Shown piece by piece: positions 1-7,811 of a stretch of 64,000 bases of DNA; within the stretch, counting starts at the first letter, position 1, and every line of letters begins with the position of its first letter. Location: positions 163,719 through 227,718 of the forward strand of contig DMXO01000005.1 in assembly GCA_003482855.1 (NCBI GenBank), read 5' to 3'. The stretch comes from Candidatus Magasanikiibacteriota bacterium (GTDB taxonomy: Bacteria > Patescibacteriota > Patescibacteriia > Magasanikbacterales > UBA922). The notes under the pieces are model-generated. The model ran no database searches. It saw only the letters and a list, made by a program, of their open reading frames with translations, and was not told the origin of the DNA. The position numbers were made by a program, and so were the translations under genes.

Positions 1-2
1 AC

Positions 3-1949
3 ATATTTGTTCGCGCGACAGAGATTCTCCTTGCGACAGTACGTCAGTCTGAATCATTGCAAGAGATTTTGTATGATATGGAAGTAGACGCGCAAAAATT
101 GCTCAATGTCATACAGTGGGTCCGTATTCGTGAAAAATTGTATGAACAATACAGGAAATTTCGTCGTGCCGCAGCTGGTGTAAGCAAGCACGGTATGGAT
201 CGGGCAATGACCGCGGTTGCTACGCCATATCTCAATTCGTTTAGTAGTGATCTTACACTCATGGCCAAATTTGGGCATTTAGATTTGTGTGTAGCGAGAG
301 ACAAAGAAATAGATGAAATATTTCGTGTAGTTGAAGCAGGTCGGCAAAATATTATTTTGGTAGGTGATCATGGCGTTGGCAAGATGGCTATTATAGAAGG
401 TATTGTGCAACGAATGATTGAGGGTGACGTACCCGCGCGCGTTCATGACAAACGTTTTGTCCAAATTTCCACATCGTCCCTTCTTGCTGGTACGACCGTT
501 GCTGGCGCTCAAGAAAGGCTTATAAAAATTATGAATGAAGTCGCTCGCGCAAAGAATATTATTTTGTTTATAAATAATCTACATGATTTGACCGGAATGA
601 AAGATTCTCAAGGTGAGGGGCTCGATGTGTCTGAGAGTCTAGCCGAACATTTGAGTAGCGGTAGATTCCTTATGTTTGCGACGACTTTACCAGATGGATA
701 CAACAAATACATTGTAAATACTGAGATTGGTACACTGTTTAGTAAGATTGATGTCAAAGAGATGGATACGAACCAGGCAATTCAGGTGCTGGAATCAAAA
801 GCAGGTAGTATTGAGTACAAAAATAGTGTATTTTTTTCGTATGATGCATTGGATAGATGTGTTGTACTCGCACAAAAATTTTTTTATGATCAAAATTTAC
901 CTGAAAGTGCTATCGCCCTCATGAGTGAAGTGGCAAGCTATGTGCGAAGTTCAAAAGGAGAACATCATATTGTGGATACCGATGATGTGGGCAAGATTGT
1001 GAGTGACAAGACAGGTATTCCTACTGCCAGTATTACCGAAAATGAGTCACAGAAGTTGATGCGTCTCGAAGAAGAGATGCACAAACAGGTGGTTGGTCAA
1101 GATATTGCAGTCGAGATGGTAGCAAGTGCATTGCGTCGCGCACGGGCAGATATCAGATCACAAAAACGACCTATTGCCAATTTTCTCTTTCTTGGTCCTA
1201 CGGGTGTGGGCAAGACAGAACTTGCCAAGACTATTGCGCGTGTATACTTCGGTGGTGAAGAGCGCATGATTAGAGTTGATATGAGTGAATACCAAGACAA
1301 GAGCGGTATATATCGTCTCATCGGACAGCCAGGTCAACAGGGTACTGGACTTCTGACTGAGGCAGTAAGGCAAAATCCTTTTTCTCTTGTCTTGCTTGAT
1401 GAAATGGAAAAAGCAGATCCTGATATTCTTAATTTATTTTTGCAAGTATTTGATGATGGCCGATTGACCGATAGTGTGGGGCGTGTCGTCGATTTTACCA
1501 ATGCAATTATTATTGCCACATCAAATGCGGGCACGAGCTATATCCAAGAACAAATGAACCAAGGAGTTGATTTGGAAGTCATACGTGATCATCTCATCCG
1601 TGGTGAACTCAAGCAATATTATAGGCCTGAGTTTTTGAATCGTTTTGATGGTATTGTGCTGTTCAAAGCATTGACTCGGGAAGAGACCAAACAAATTGCA
1701 GGGCTTATGCTCAAACGTGTTGGCAAAGATCTCGAAGCCCGTGGTGTAGAGCTTCGCGTAGAAGATGCAGCCCTCGAGGCATTGGCTGATGTCGGATTTG
1801 ACCCTGAGTTTGGTGCGCGTCCGATGCGCCGTGCTATTCAGGATCGTGTAGAAAATTATTTGGCTGAATTAGTTTTGCAAGGTAAGTTGCAACGCAGAGA
1901 CGTTATTATTTTGGGTGAAGGATGTCAAATAAAGGTAGAGCGTTCGTAA
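3..1949 (+). CDS. Clp/Hsp100 AAA+ chaperone ATPase, ClpC-like, N-terminus cut by window edge (frame open to position 3)
   Basis: Two AAA modules align by eye to ClpC/ClpB. The second has canonical Walker A GPTGVGKTE and Walker B LLDEMEKA plus the C-terminal sensor region. The first has GDHGVGKM and FINNLHDL. The linker is short, with no long ClpB M-domain. Confidence 0.85.
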   Translation: MFVRATEILLATVRQSESLQEILYDMEVDAQKLLNVIQWVRIREKLYEQYRKFRRAAAGVSKHGMDRAMTAVATPYLNSFSSDLTLMAKFGHLDLCVARDKEIDEIFRVVEAGRQNIILVGDHGVGKMAIIEGIVQRMIEGDVPARVHDKRFVQISTSSLLAGTTVAGAQERLIKIMNEVARAKNIILFINNLHDLTGMKDSQGEGLDVSESLAEHLSSGRFLMFATTLPDGYNKYIVNTEIGTLFSKIDVKEMDTNQAIQVLESKAGSIEYKNSVFFSYDALDRCVVLAQKFFYDQNLPESAIALMSEVASYVRSSKGEHHIVDTDDVGKIVSDKTGIPTASITENESQKLMRLEEEMHKQVVGQDIAVEMVASALRRARADIRSQKRPIANFLFLGPTGVGKTELAKTIARVYFGGEERMIRVDMSEYQDKSGIYRLIGQPGQQGTGLLTEAVRQNPFSLVLLDEMEKADPDILNLFLQVFDDGRLTDSVGRVVDFTNAIIIATSNAGTSYIQEQMNQGVDLEVIRDHLIRGELKQYYRPEFLNRFDGIVLFKALTREETKQIAGLMLKRVGKDLEARGVELRVEDAALEALADVGFDPEFGARPMRRAIQDRVENYLAELVLQGKLQRRDVIILGEGCQIKVERS

Positions 1950-2011
1950 ATGATAATTGGTTGCGTTATGAGACGAGCTTGGGCTCGTTTTGTTGTTTTT
2001 GAGGGCACAAC

Positions 2012-3109
2012 ATGTTAGAATATGTATGTTTCATTATGTACATTATGATATATCTGGCATATTTTATTTTCACTGGCTTGCTGTCTACATTTGTCACTTT
2101 TATTATTATCGTGGTGATGCGTCGTCTAGGTATTGTAGATAAGGCTCGAAAAGACGAACGAAAAATACACAAAAAGACGATTCCACTTGGAGGTGGCCTT
2201 GCTATTTTTATTAGTTTTTTTGTCGTTATTGGTCTCATTGTTTTATTTGGGGGACATTTTGTTCACGATGTAGTTCCTAGAAATTTACTCGGTTTATTTT
2301 TTGGTGGTTTGGTATTGATGATAGGAGGGCTTCTCGATGATAGATATATCTTGCGTCCGCGTTACCAGATATTATTTCCTGTTATTGCTTCTCTTGTTAT
2401 TATTGGGTTTGGTATAGGACCTCATAGTATTAGTAATCCTTTTGGAGGTACATGGAATCTCGCGGAGTGGCACATACAGATAGATGGGCTTGGTAATTTT
2501 GTTGTCTTGGCTGATATGCTTGTCTTTTTTTGGCTTATGGGGATGATGTTTACTACCAAGTTTTTGGATGGGCTTGATGGGCTTGTCGCTGGTATAGTGA
2601 GTATTGGCGCGTGTATTATTTTCTTTTTGTCTTTGCAACGCGAATGGTATCAGCCCGATGTTGCTATGCTTGCAATAGTATTTGCAGGGGCAGTGCTTGG
2701 TTTTCTTGTATGGAATTGGAATCCAGCAAAAATTTTTTTAGGCGAAGGAGGAAGTCTATTTACTGGATTTATGCTTGGTTGTTTGGCAATTATTTCCGGA
2801 GGGAAAATAGCCACCACGTTGCTCGTGGTCGCGATCCCTGTTTTGGATGTCATGCGTGTCATTGTACGGCGTATCCAAAAAAAGAAACCTGTGTATATAG
2901 GAGACAACGAACATCTACATTTTCGTCTGCTTGAGAGCGGATTTAGTCAACGACAAGCGGTTCTTCTTTTATATGCGATATCGCTTTTGTTTGGCATTAG
3001 TGCATTATTTCTGCAAAGTAGCCAGAAGTTGATTGCTCTCATATTTTTGTTTATACTCATGATACTTGTTGGCGTATGGTTTTCGAGGCATGATGCTCAA
3101 CGGTCGTGA
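2012..3109 (+). CDS. Glycosyltransferase family 4, MraY/WecA-like polyprenyl-phosphate sugar-1-phosphate transferase
   Basis: Multi-TM protein with DKARKDERKIHKKTIPLGGG and NFLDGLDGL motifs typical of the MraY/WecA family. Alternative starts lie at 2036 and 2045; 2117 falls after the first TM helix. Confidence 0.8.
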   Translation: MLEYVCFIMYIMIYLAYFIFTGLLSTFVTFIIIVVMRRLGIVDKARKDERKIHKKTIPLGGGLAIFISFFVVIGLIVLFGGHFVHDVVPRNLLGLFFGGLVLMIGGLLDDRYILRPRYQILFPVIASLVIIGFGIGPHSISNPFGGTWNLAEWHIQIDGLGNFVVLADMLVFFWLMGMMFTTKFLDGLDGLVAGIVSIGACIIFFLSLQREWYQPDVAMLAIVFAGAVLGFLVWNWNPAKIFLGEGGSLFTGFMLGCLAIISGGKIATTLLVVAIPVLDVMRVIVRRIQKKKPVYIGDNEHLHFRLLESGFSQRQAVLLLYAISLLFGISALFLQSSQKLIALIFLFILMILVGVWFSRHDAQRS

Positions 3110-3588
3110 TATTATCTATTGATATGACAGAACAATCCTCCCGTTTCAAATTTATTTTTATTATTATCTTTTTAGGAACTGCTATTTTTTTATTTTTCTT
3201 CCAGCGTTTTTATTGGCCCCATGCAACTGTTGAACTGAAAGGTCAAACACTCAATGTACTCCTTGCAGAAAATATATATCAGCAACAGAAGGGATTGGGG
3301 GGACGAAACAGTATCGCGCCATATGATGGTATGTTGTTTCCGTTTTTCCTTGTAGGTAAGCACGCAATAGTTATGCGAGATATGGAATTTCCTATAGATA
3401 TTGTCTGGCTTCTTGATGGTGAGGTGGTAGATTTTGCTCCATATGTCCAGATAGAACCTGACAAAACAGAGTTTGAGTATACAAAATATTATCCTCGCAC
3501 AGAAGCAAATTTTGTTTTGGAGTTGCCTGCTGGCTGGGCAGATGAACATGAATTGAAGATAGGGGATAGGATGAGTGTAATAAGGTGA
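3106..3588 (+). CDS. DUF192 (COG1430) family protein
   Basis: PIDIVWLLDG and LELPAGW...GD motifs after an N-terminal hydrophobic segment. The GTG start overlaps the upstream stop; an ATG at 3124 is an alternative. Confidence 0.6.
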   Translation: MILSIDMTEQSSRFKFIFIIIFLGTAIFLFFFQRFYWPHATVELKGQTLNVLLAENIYQQQKGLGGRNSIAPYDGMLFPFFLVGKHAIVMRDMEFPIDIVWLLDGEVVDFAPYVQIEPDKTEFEYTKYYPRTEANFVLELPAGWADEHELKIGDRMSVIR

Positions 3589-3615
3589 AGCTAGGTTATC
3601 TGTGGAGAGGATGTC

Positions 3616-3644
3616 TTGACATAATTTAACTATTTTGCTAAAAT
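3616..3644 (+). promoter_or_regulatory. Sigma70-like promoter for rplU (TTGACA-17-TAAAAT)
   Basis: Consensus -35 at 3616-3621, a 17-nt spacer, and a -10 at 3639-3644, about 40 nt upstream of the rplU ATG. Confidence 0.5.
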
Positions 3645-3682
3645 ATCGCTGTTTCCCATATTATCAAATAATCATATTATAT

Positions 3683-3997
3683 ATGTTCGCAGTCATTGAA
3701 ACTGGTGGTAAGCAATATCTTATCAAGACCGGAGATACACTCAAGATTGAAAAGCTTGAAGTAGAAGCTGGCAAAGAAGCTATTTTTGACAAAGTACTCA
3801 TGCTTGCAAAAGAAGATGGTACGAGTGTCAAAATTGGCAAACCATATCTCTCTGGCGTCAGTATCGCCGCTACAGTAGAAGCTCAGGGGCGAAGCAAGAA
3901 GATTCGTGTCGTAAAATTCAAAAACAAAGTACGTTATAAACGCGCGCGAGGTCATAGACAAGCTTTCACCAAAGTAAAAGTGCAAGAAGTAAAATAA
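3683..3997 (+). CDS. rplU: 50S ribosomal protein L21
   Basis: MFAVIETGGKQYLIKTGDTL...RGHRQAFTKVKV matches L21 along its full length. Confidence 0.95.
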   Translation: MFAVIETGGKQYLIKTGDTLKIEKLEVEAGKEAIFDKVLMLAKEDGTSVKIGKPYLSGVSIAATVEAQGRSKKIRVVKFKNKVRYKRARGHRQAFTKVKVQEVK

Positions 3998-4037
3998 AGA
4001 CCTGATACGCGACTCGCGTAACATAATATAAAAAATG

Positions 4038-4067
4038 AAAATCCGTCCTTGTTTGGGCGGATTTTTT
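4038..4067. terminator. Rho-independent terminator after rplU (GC hairpin plus T-tract, readable on both strands)
   Basis: aaaatccgtcc...ggcggatttttt. Confidence 0.6.
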
Positions 4068-4070
4068 GTA

Positions 4071-4099
4071 TTGACAAAAAAGGAGAATTACTTTATGAT
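4071..4099 (+). promoter_or_regulatory. Near-consensus sigma70 promoter (TTGACA-17-TATGAT) facing into the GC-rich island
   Basis: TTGACA at 4071-4076, a 17-nt spacer, TATGAT at 4094-4099. Confidence 0.4.
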
Positions 4100-4388
4100 G
4101 GCACACAGCTCCTTGATTTCATCGGCAGCCGTTCGCATGCAGGCCCCTCCCCTCCTATATCGTCCCAGTCGACGAGCTGTTGTCCCTGCAAGAGGGTCTC
4201 CTGCATGCAATCGCATGAGTCGGTCCGTTCTCCACGGGCTACTTGTGCATCCGGCTTGCCGTACCGTGCCGCACGAGCGTATTCTCGATGGTCATGGATT
4301 CCACCTGCCCTGCAAAGCCTTTGGAATTCTACATCGTGCGCTCGTGCGGCACTTCCTCTCTGTCCACAAAATTTGTGTTTAGAGAAGA
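4100..4388 (+). ncRNA. Candidate structured non-coding RNA of unresolved family. Strand is tentative, plus favoured by the upstream promoter.
   Basis: Abrupt GC-rich island in an AT-rich region. It contains long perfect inverted repeats: 4135-4143/4200-4208 (9 bp) and 4266-4279/4339-4352 (14 bp), plus nested shorter ones. Track ORFs there overlap in all three plus frames and have non-protein-like composition. It is bracketed by two terminator hairpins. No RNase P, tmRNA, SRP or tRNA signature motifs were found. Confidence 0.35.
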
Positions 4389-4425
4389 AAAATCCACCCG
4401 AGTATGTAAGGGTGGATTTTGTTTT
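4388..4425. terminator. Bidirectional rho-independent terminator (recR on the minus strand; the GC island on the plus strand)
   Basis: aaaaatccaccc-gagtatgtaa-gggtggatttt, flanked by T/A tracts on both sides. Confidence 0.6.
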
Positions 4426-4427
4426 GT

Positions 4428-5027
4428 TTAGTTTTGAGTTCTATGTTTGAGTGCACTCCCGAGTGTTATCTCATCTGCGTATTGCAAGTCGCTTCCCATA
4501 GGTAGACCACGTGCAAGCCTCGTGACTTTTGTTTCAGGTGCAGTATTTTTTATTTGGCGTTCGAGATACATCATAGTAGTTTCCCCATTGATGTCTGGAT
4601 TGAGTGCCAAAATAATTTCATCAACTTCATTTTTTTTGATTCGGTTCACGAGTTCATTGAGTTTCAGAAATTGAGCAATCCCATCATCATCAGGTTTGAG
4701 CGTACCACGCAAAATGTGGTATTGGCCATGGTATTCACCGGTTCGTTCTATTGTCTCTCTATCCTGTGGCTGGGCTACTACGCAGATCATCTTTGGGTCG
4801 CGTCTTGCGTCAGAGCAGAAATGGCAAGGACTTGTATCAGAAAAATCCCAACAAATTTCACAACTTTTTATATTATCCATGAGTTCTTTGAGGGCCAGTG
4901 TAAGTTCGCCAACATCCTTTTTCCCTTTTTTGAGCAGATGAAACACAAATCTTTCAGCTGTGCGTGGGCCGACGGTGGGGAGAGATGAGAAGGCTTTGAT
5001 AAGATTTTCGATAGGTTTGGCGTACAT
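4428..5027 (-). CDS. recR: Recombination protein RecR
   Basis: Full-length match: HhH N-terminus, C4 zinc finger CEICWDFSDTSPCHFC, and Toprim domain. Confidence 0.95.
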   Translation of the reverse strand: MYAKPIENLIKAFSSLPTVGPRTAERFVFHLLKKGKKDVGELTLALKELMDNIKSCEICWDFSDTSPCHFCSDARRDPKMICVVAQPQDRETIERTGEYHGQYHILRGTLKPDDDGIAQFLKLNELVNRIKKNEVDEIILALNPDINGETTMMYLERQIKNTAPETKVTRLARGLPMGSDLQYADEITLGSALKHRTQN

Positions 5028-5032
5028 AGTAG

Positions 5033-5060
5033 TTTATAGCCAATAGTTCATAGCCAATAG
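5033..5060. repeat. Left copy of the short palindromic repeat family (tttatagccaatagttcatagccaatag)
   Basis: Reverse complement recurs at 5444-5467. Related copies sit at 8001-8043, 9793-9805 and 59821-59866. Confidence 0.7.
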
Positions 5061-5062
5061 GA

Positions 5063-5425
5063 TTATGAACTAGATTGATAGAGTGAATCCCTATAACGAT
5101 AGAGCATACGTAATACTTCATCTAGTAATCTATCAACAAGTGAATATTTAGACACAGGTATAAAATCAAGTTTTTTTGAAATAAGTATTTGGGTTTCTAG
5201 CTCTGTGGCAGAACCAAATGATATATTTACAAATTGAGCATTTTCTTTTTTATTTTTGCGTGCGTATCCTTCCGCAATGTTGGAAGGAATAGATACACTG
5301 CATCTTCGCATTTGACTGATTAAACCGAACTTTTCTTCTGGAGGGAAGATAGAAGTAATTTTGTATACTTCTAATACAAAATCTATAGACTTTTGCCAGA
5401 CTATAAGGTCTTTGTAAGTTTGCAT
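5063..5425 (-). CDS. Four-helix-bundle protein of the 23S rRNA intervening-sequence protein / DGR Avd family (TIGR02436-like)
   Basis: DLIVWQKS...IYKIT..FPPEEKFGLISQMRRCSVSIPSNIAEG...FVNISFGSATELETQ matches the family consensus across the whole length. Confidence 0.85.
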   Translation of the reverse strand: MQTYKDLIVWQKSIDFVLEVYKITSIFPPEEKFGLISQMRRCSVSIPSNIAEGYARKNKKENAQFVNISFGSATELETQILISKKLDFIPVSKYSLVDRLLDEVLRMLYRYRDSLYQSSS

Positions 5426-5443
5426 AATTTTTTACGTCATCGA

Positions 5444-5467
5444 CTATGAACTATTGGCTATGAACTA
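5444..5467. repeat. Right copy (inverted) of the palindromic repeat family (ctatgaactattggctatgaacta)
   Basis: Shares a 17-nt core, tatgaactattggctat, with the reverse complement of 5035-5060. Overlaps the ybaB stop. Confidence 0.7.
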
Positions 5468-5761
5468 ACTAAGTCCTGGGATATTAGGTAATCCGCCCAT
5501 TTCTTTCATCTTCATTGCCATGATGCGTTGCATTTTTTTGAGGGCATTTTTGTGTGCATCTTTGAATGCATTTTCGAGTTTTGTTTTTTTGTCTGGGCTC
5601 AGCAGATCTTCAGCCACGACCACATTGGTGATTTCTAGGTTGCCGTTCATAGTGAGTTCTACGCCGCCTGATTTTTCAGTCACACTTTCACCAGCGAGGG
5701 CATCTTGCATAGTCTTTGCTTGGTCACGAAGGTCTTTGAATTGTTTGAGTTTGTTGAACAT
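5465..5761 (-). CDS. ybaB: Nucleoid-associated protein YbaB/EbfC
   Basis: About 98 aa, typical YbaB sequence and length; sits beside recR as usual. Confidence 0.9.
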   Translation of the reverse strand: MFNKLKQFKDLRDQAKTMQDALAGESVTEKSGGVELTMNGNLEITNVVVAEDLLSPDKKTKLENAFKDAHKNALKKMQRIMAMKMKEMGGLPNIPGLS

Positions 5762-5861
5762 AGTTTTGTGTTGTTAAAGTTGTTGATGTTACTTATGTTT
5801 CTAAGGTTTTTATAGACATCGATAACCTTAGGGACTTTAGAAACCTTAGCAACTCCGTTAA

Positions 5862-7298
5862 TTAAAAACTTGGAACGTTTTGTTTTTGGGGTTGTATCGC
5901 TTGAGGTGGAGGTACAGGTCCTCCCATGTTCATATCAAGGTTTTTGAAGCTCGCGCGTTGTTCATCGAAGAATACACGCACCATGCCGGTAGGACCATTT
6001 CTGTGTTTTGCCACATGCACTTCTGCGATATGTTGTTCATCAGGTGGAATATCTTCGATACGGTAATTTCGGTCAGCTGCTTTGCGATAAATAAACATGA
6101 CCACGTCAGCATCCTGCTCAATACTACCAGATTCTCGTAAATGTGACAATTTTGGAATGGCTGGCTTTGATTGTTCAACTGCACGTGATAGCTGAGACAG
6201 GGCAATCACCGGGACATTGAGTTCACGCGCGATGCCTTTCAAGTTTCTACTCATTTCAGCGACTTCTTGTACGCGATTATCACTATGTTTGTATGAATGA
6301 GATTCAAGTAGTTGCATATAGTCTACGACGATGAGCCCAAGACCATGTTCAGCCTGTAGTCGTCGCGCTTTGGTGCGGATATGCATGACATTATTGCCCG
6401 GAGTGTCATCTATGTATATAGGTGCTTCGGAGAGCACACCCATAGCATGCCCGATGCGTGGGAAATCATCGCTATTTGGTTTGTCTGATAGATTACCTGT
6501 CCTCATTTTCCATAGATCAATGCCAGCTTCAGCACAAAGTAGACGATCAACTAATTGTTCCTTGCTCATTTCAAGAGAAAACATACCGACAGGTACTTTT
6601 GCTTTGACTGCTGCATGTCGGACAAAATCAAGCGCGAGAGACGTCTTGCCTACTGAAGGGCGTGCGGCCAGGATAATGAGGTCTGATTTCTGGAAACCAG
6701 CGAGCAGATTGTCAAGCTGTTTGAATCCACTTGGTACACCGCGCAATTTGCCTTTTTCTTTGTGTAATTCATCAATACGTTCAAACGCTTCACTTAGTAC
6801 ACCTTTGATAGGAACAAAGGTTTGTTTCAAGTGTTTTTGTGTAATGGAATATAAATACTGTTGTGCTTCATCGAGCACCTGATCCACATCCTCGACATCT
6901 TCTTTGTATCCGAGTTTGGAAATTTCCTGAGCAGAGTAGAGGAGTTTTCGTAGAGTCGATTTACGGCGGACAATCTGAGCATATTGTTTTATGTGTGATG
7001 CTGTTGGTACTGCATTCGAGATTTCTATCAAATAACTTTTTCCTCCAATTTTTTCAAGCAATCCTTTTTCTTCGAGCCTATTGGACATAGTGAGTACGTC
7101 TATAGGTTCATTTTTGTTGTACAGCTCAACCATAGTTTCGAAGATGTCACTATGTGCGCGTTTGTAAAAATCTTCGATATCTACCATGTCTGCAATTTTT
7201 ATCATGGCGTCTTTGTCAAGCAAAATAGAGCCGATAAGAGATTTTTCAGCCTCGAGGTTTTGTGGAGGTATTTTTTCGAGTTCAGTAATGTCGACCAT
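5862..7298 (-). CDS. dnaB: Replicative DNA helicase DnaB
   Basis: N-terminal DnaB domain and RecA-like core with Walker A GARPSVGKTS and the other helicase motifs. Confidence 0.95.
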   Translation of the reverse strand: MVDITELEKIPPQNLEAEKSLIGSILLDKDAMIKIADMVDIEDFYKRAHSDIFETMVELYNKNEPIDVLTMSNRLEEKGLLEKIGGKSYLIEISNAVPTASHIKQYAQIVRRKSTLRKLLYSAQEISKLGYKEDVEDVDQVLDEAQQYLYSITQKHLKQTFVPIKGVLSEAFERIDELHKEKGKLRGVPSGFKQLDNLLAGFQKSDLIILAARPSVGKTSLALDFVRHAAVKAKVPVGMFSLEMSKEQLVDRLLCAEAGIDLWKMRTGNLSDKPNSDDFPRIGHAMGVLSEAPIYIDDTPGNNVMHIRTKARRLQAEHGLGLIVVDYMQLLESHSYKHSDNRVQEVAEMSRNLKGIARELNVPVIALSQLSRAVEQSKPAIPKLSHLRESGSIEQDADVVMFIYRKAADRNYRIEDIPPDEQHIAEVHVAKHRNGPTGMVRVFFDEQRASFKNLDMNMGGPVPPPQAIQPQKQNVPSF

Positions 7299-7311
7299 AG
7301 TTTTTCACTTT

Positions 7312-7420
7312 GTCACTTAAGCACTACAGCACCTAAGCACTTTTATTAAAGTAAAATATTTTTTGATTTAAATCGTTGCACTGTTTAAGTGTCCAAGTGC
7401 TAAAGTGTTCAAGTGACGTG
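7312..7420. promoter_or_regulatory. Dyad of 9-bp AGCACT-type repeat arrays around an AT-rich spacer, immediately upstream of dnaB
   Basis: Direct array at 7312-7342 (ttaagcact, acagcacc, taagcact) and inverted array at 7386-7420 (aagtgct, aagtgtt, aagtgac). The same motif family recurs at 15441-15524 and 63892-63928. Confidence 0.35.
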
Positions 7421-7592
7421 TATCTTACCCGAAATTCGTTTTCAGCACAACCCTCTTTATTTCATAAACTGTGGGTGTCCTGTGCAAACTATGTTGACAA
7501 GAGAGAGAGATTTTGAGAGGATATTTTTAGTTTCTGGGACCGTCCGGATGGCCTGGATGGTCTTGTGTCTTTTGTGCACGGAGGTATCGGAG

Positions 7593-7811
7593 ATGTCCGG
7601 TCATCACATCAAGCACTCGAGAAGTGTGGGGTCGATTCGGGCTGATGAGGAACGCGAGAGGCGGGAAGCGTCCCAGCGTCGGAGTGGGTTCAACCGCTCC
7701 ACCGGGGAGTGGGACTGCCCGTGTGGGGTGTCGAAGAAGACGGCCGCGGCCTTTCAGAAGCATCAGCGCAACTGCAAGAAGGTTGGCAAGACGGCCGATC
7801 AGCGCGGCTAG
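7593..7811 (+). CDS. Hypothetical small basic Cys/His protein (72 aa) inside a GC-rich island; coding status uncertain
   Basis: GGAGGT lies 7 nt before the ATG. CPCG...HQRNC is a possible zinc-binding motif. GC-rich sequence leaves all frames open, so this call is weak. Confidence 0.3.
   Translation: MSGHHIKHSRSVGSIRADEERERREASQRRSGFNRSTGEWDCPCGVSKKTAAAFQKHQRNCKKVGKTADQRG

Noticed and set aside
2012-2116. Upstream 35-codon extension of the WecA/MraY-like gene
   Set aside because: It could be a genuine N-terminal TM helix (family members usually have one before the DKP..RK.H motif), so it was not trimmed. The start is flagged as uncertain rather than called a separate feature.
4095-4390. Assignment of the structured island to RNase P RNA, tmRNA, SRP RNA, 6S RNA or a tRNA
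   Set aside because: I could not find the P4 GGAAAGUCCGG / ACAGAA...CCGGCUUA pair, the GGUAAGAG element, a tmRNA T-arm (GGTTCGA) with resume codon, or the SRP GGAAGCAGCC motif on either strand. A partial GGGCAGG / GUGCGGCAC resemblance to RNase P on the minus strand turned out to be a local hairpin, not P4. Left unassigned.
4035-4450. Three overlapping plus-strand ORFs (62-133 aa) across the GC-rich island
   Set aside because: They overlap in all three frames. Their residues are dominated by R/P/C/H/S as expected from random GC-rich sequence, they have no recognisable domain, and the DNA is dominated by long perfect inverted repeats. They are treated as non-coding. The only caveat is an AAGGAG 9 nt before the ATG at 4096.
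5063-7298. A complete diversity-generating retroelement around the Avd-like gene
   Set aside because: No reverse transcriptase ORF and no template/variable repeat pair are present in the window. The neighbours are recR, ybaB and dnaB.
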